A stretch of 64,000 nt of DNA, taken from an uncultured Chloroflexia bacterium. Lineage in GTDB: Bacteria > Chloroflexota > Chloroflexia > Thermomicrobiales > UBA6265. Below the pieces are notes generated by a model. The model made no database searches, was not told the DNA's origin, and saw only the letters and a program-made list of their open reading frames with translations. The DNA is taken from contig CAVRUC010000005.1 of NCBI GenBank assembly GCA_963724295.1, forward strand, positions 128,001-192,000, read 5' to 3'. Made by a program: the position numbers and the translations under genes. Shown one piece after another: positions 62,487-64,000 of this stretch (position 1 is the stretch's first letter; every line of letters begins with the position of its first letter).

Positions 62487-63497
62487 TCAGCGCTTAGCGT
62501 TGCGAACTTCGGCGGTCAGCGCGGGAACGACTTCGAAGAGATCGCCGACGATCCCGAACGACGCAATCTTGAAGATCGGCGCGTCCGGATCGCGATTGAT
62601 CGCCACGATGTAATCCGACCCCTGCATCCCCACGTTGTGCTGCACCGCGCCGCTGATACCGACGGCTACGTAGAGGCGCGGCGAGACCGTCCTTCCCGTC
62701 TGTCCAATCTGCTCGTGGTGTGGCCGCCAGCCGGCATCGACGACAGCCCGGGTTGCTCCGACCGCCGCGCCCAACGCTTCCGCAAGCTCCTCGACCATGG
62801 CGAAGTGAGCGGGCTCTTTCAGCCCCCGTCCTCCACTCACGACCACCTCTGCCGAGTCGAGTCGGGACACTCCGGTCCCTTTTGGCGTTGTCTCGAGCAG
62901 GGAAACACGCTGGTCTTCCTGCGTCAGCGCCACGTCGAGCATCTCGACGGCCGGCTCGGTCAGACCCGGCTCCGCCCTGGCAAAGCTTCCGGATCGCACA
63001 GTCGCCATTGCCGGCCCCGGACCGGGAAACGTGATGCGCGTAAGCGCCCGCCCACCGAGCACCGGTCGCGTTGCGGACAGCGCGCCACTCTCAATGGCAA
63101 AGCTCACGCAGTCGGCGGCCAAACCAGCGCCGAGCCGGGCGGCGACCAGTGGCGCGTAATCGCGACCGGCTGTCGTTCCCGGTACCAGGACGACCGCCGG
63201 GTCGACCGCGGCAATGGCCCCTGTCAGCGCCGCCGCGGCCGGCAACGGCATCACACCGCTTAACCCCTCGTCATCCGCGACCAGGACCCTGGCGGCTCCA
63301 CCGCTGGCCCAGGTCCACGCCGCATCGGCGATCCCGGCTCCGATGAACAGCCCGGTGACGTTTCTGCCGCCGAGACCGCTTGCTACCTCTCGCGCCGCGG
63401 TGAGCATTTCCCACGAGATCGGCCTCACTGAACCATCGGCCCCAGCCTCGCCGACGACGAGGACATTCCCGCTTCCCTGCACCACATCCTCCGTCAC
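62487..63497 (-). CDS. etfA: Electron transfer flavoprotein alpha subunit
   Basis: VVSGGRG, GATRAVVDAGW, QIGQTG, GISGAVQH and AINRDPDAPIF. Confidence 0.96.
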   Translation of the reverse strand: MTEDVVQGSGNVLVVGEAGADGSVRPISWEMLTAAREVASGLGGRNVTGLFIGAGIADAAWTWASGGAARVLVADDEGLSGVMPLPAAAALTGAIAAVDPAVVLVPGTTAGRDYAPLVAARLGAGLAADCVSFAIESGALSATRPVLGGRALTRITFPGPGPAMATVRSGSFARAEPGLTEPAVEMLDVALTQEDQRVSLLETTPKGTGVSRLDSAEVVVSGGRGLKEPAHFAMVEELAEALGAAVGATRAVVDAGWRPHHEQIGQTGRTVSPRLYVAVGISGAVQHNVGMQGSDYIVAINRDPDAPIFKIASFGIVGDLFEVVPALTAEVRNAKR

Positions 63498-63522
63498 CGT
63501 TCGGGCCGGTTGGCACTCCAGA

Positions 63523-64000
63523 TCAAATCAGCTTTTGCTCTTGCAACCAGCCCACCAGCTGCTTGGCCGCCTCGGTCGCGGCGACGTCCTGGACAATCGT
63601 GCCGGACACGGTCTTCGCCGGAACATGCGGCACATCCCAGGCAAGGCGGCACTCCGCCGGAACGCTCGCGGCGAAGGTCTCGACCGGTTTCTTCTTGGCG
63701 GCCATGATTCCCTTCAGGGACGGCAACCTTGGCTGGTCGAGACCCGTCGACGAGAGCAGGACAGCCGGCAAGGTCGAGCGGACAGTCTGATACCCGTCTT
63801 CCATGTCGCGCCGAACCAGCAGTCCGTCGTCTTCGACCTGGATCGCCACGACGTTGGAGATGATGGGCATCTTAAGCAGTTCGGCAACCTGCGCTCCGAC
63901 CTGCCCAGCCTCATAGTCATCGGATGTCTGTCCAGCGATGACCAGACTGCACTCCAGCGGTCGCAGCGCGTCGGCCAGGATCGATGCCATGCCCAGCGTG
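63523..64000 (-). CDS. etfB: Electron transfer flavoprotein beta subunit (5' end outside the window)
   Basis: AGQTSDD..GQVG and PRLPSLKGIMAAKKK. Confidence 0.93.
   Translation of the reverse strand, partial: TLGMASILADALRPLECSLVIAGQTSDDYEAGQVGAQVAELLKMPIISNVVAIQVEDDGLLVRRDMEDGYQTVRSTLPAVLLSSTGLDQPRLPSLKGIMAAKKKPVETFAASVPAECRLAWDVPHVPAKTVSGTIVQDVAATEAAKQLVGWLQEQKLI

Overview
A high-GC, gene-dense bacterial chromosomal segment. The protein families (HPAHIHxGTC-domain cupredoxin, TGHT-repeat L,D-transpeptidase, paralogous OppA, TPR-RecQ) suggest Chloroflexota/Thermomicrobiales, which is an inference. It carries housekeeping genes (folC, lon, recJ, recQ, dnaJ, glmU, prs, birA, etfAB, nudC, tag, metY), an ECF sigma/anti-sigma pair, and four ABC-transporter loci (oligopeptide, sugar, polyamine-type, Zn/Mn). 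It also has a WYL regulator cassette, an orphan form-II CoxL, a proline racemase, larC and two tRNAs (tRNA-Sec and tRNA-Gln). The accessory hot spot is the 3' side of tRNA-Sec. There a complete 1.5 kb IS (15-bp TIRs, TAA duplication) is inserted beside a decayed tyrosine-integrase gene, which points to a relic island at selC. About a dozen genes are split by small frameshifts, most simply explained as long-read indel errors. The most unusual observations are a motif shared by two unrelated transporter leaders (one with a leader terminator, a riboswitch-like candidate), the TPR-RecQ fusion, the selC island relic, a SOD-like/cupredoxin fusion, and an unexplained low-GC segment with a UGA followed by a hairpin. 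No CRISPR array or rRNA was seen. All calls are by eye, with no database search.
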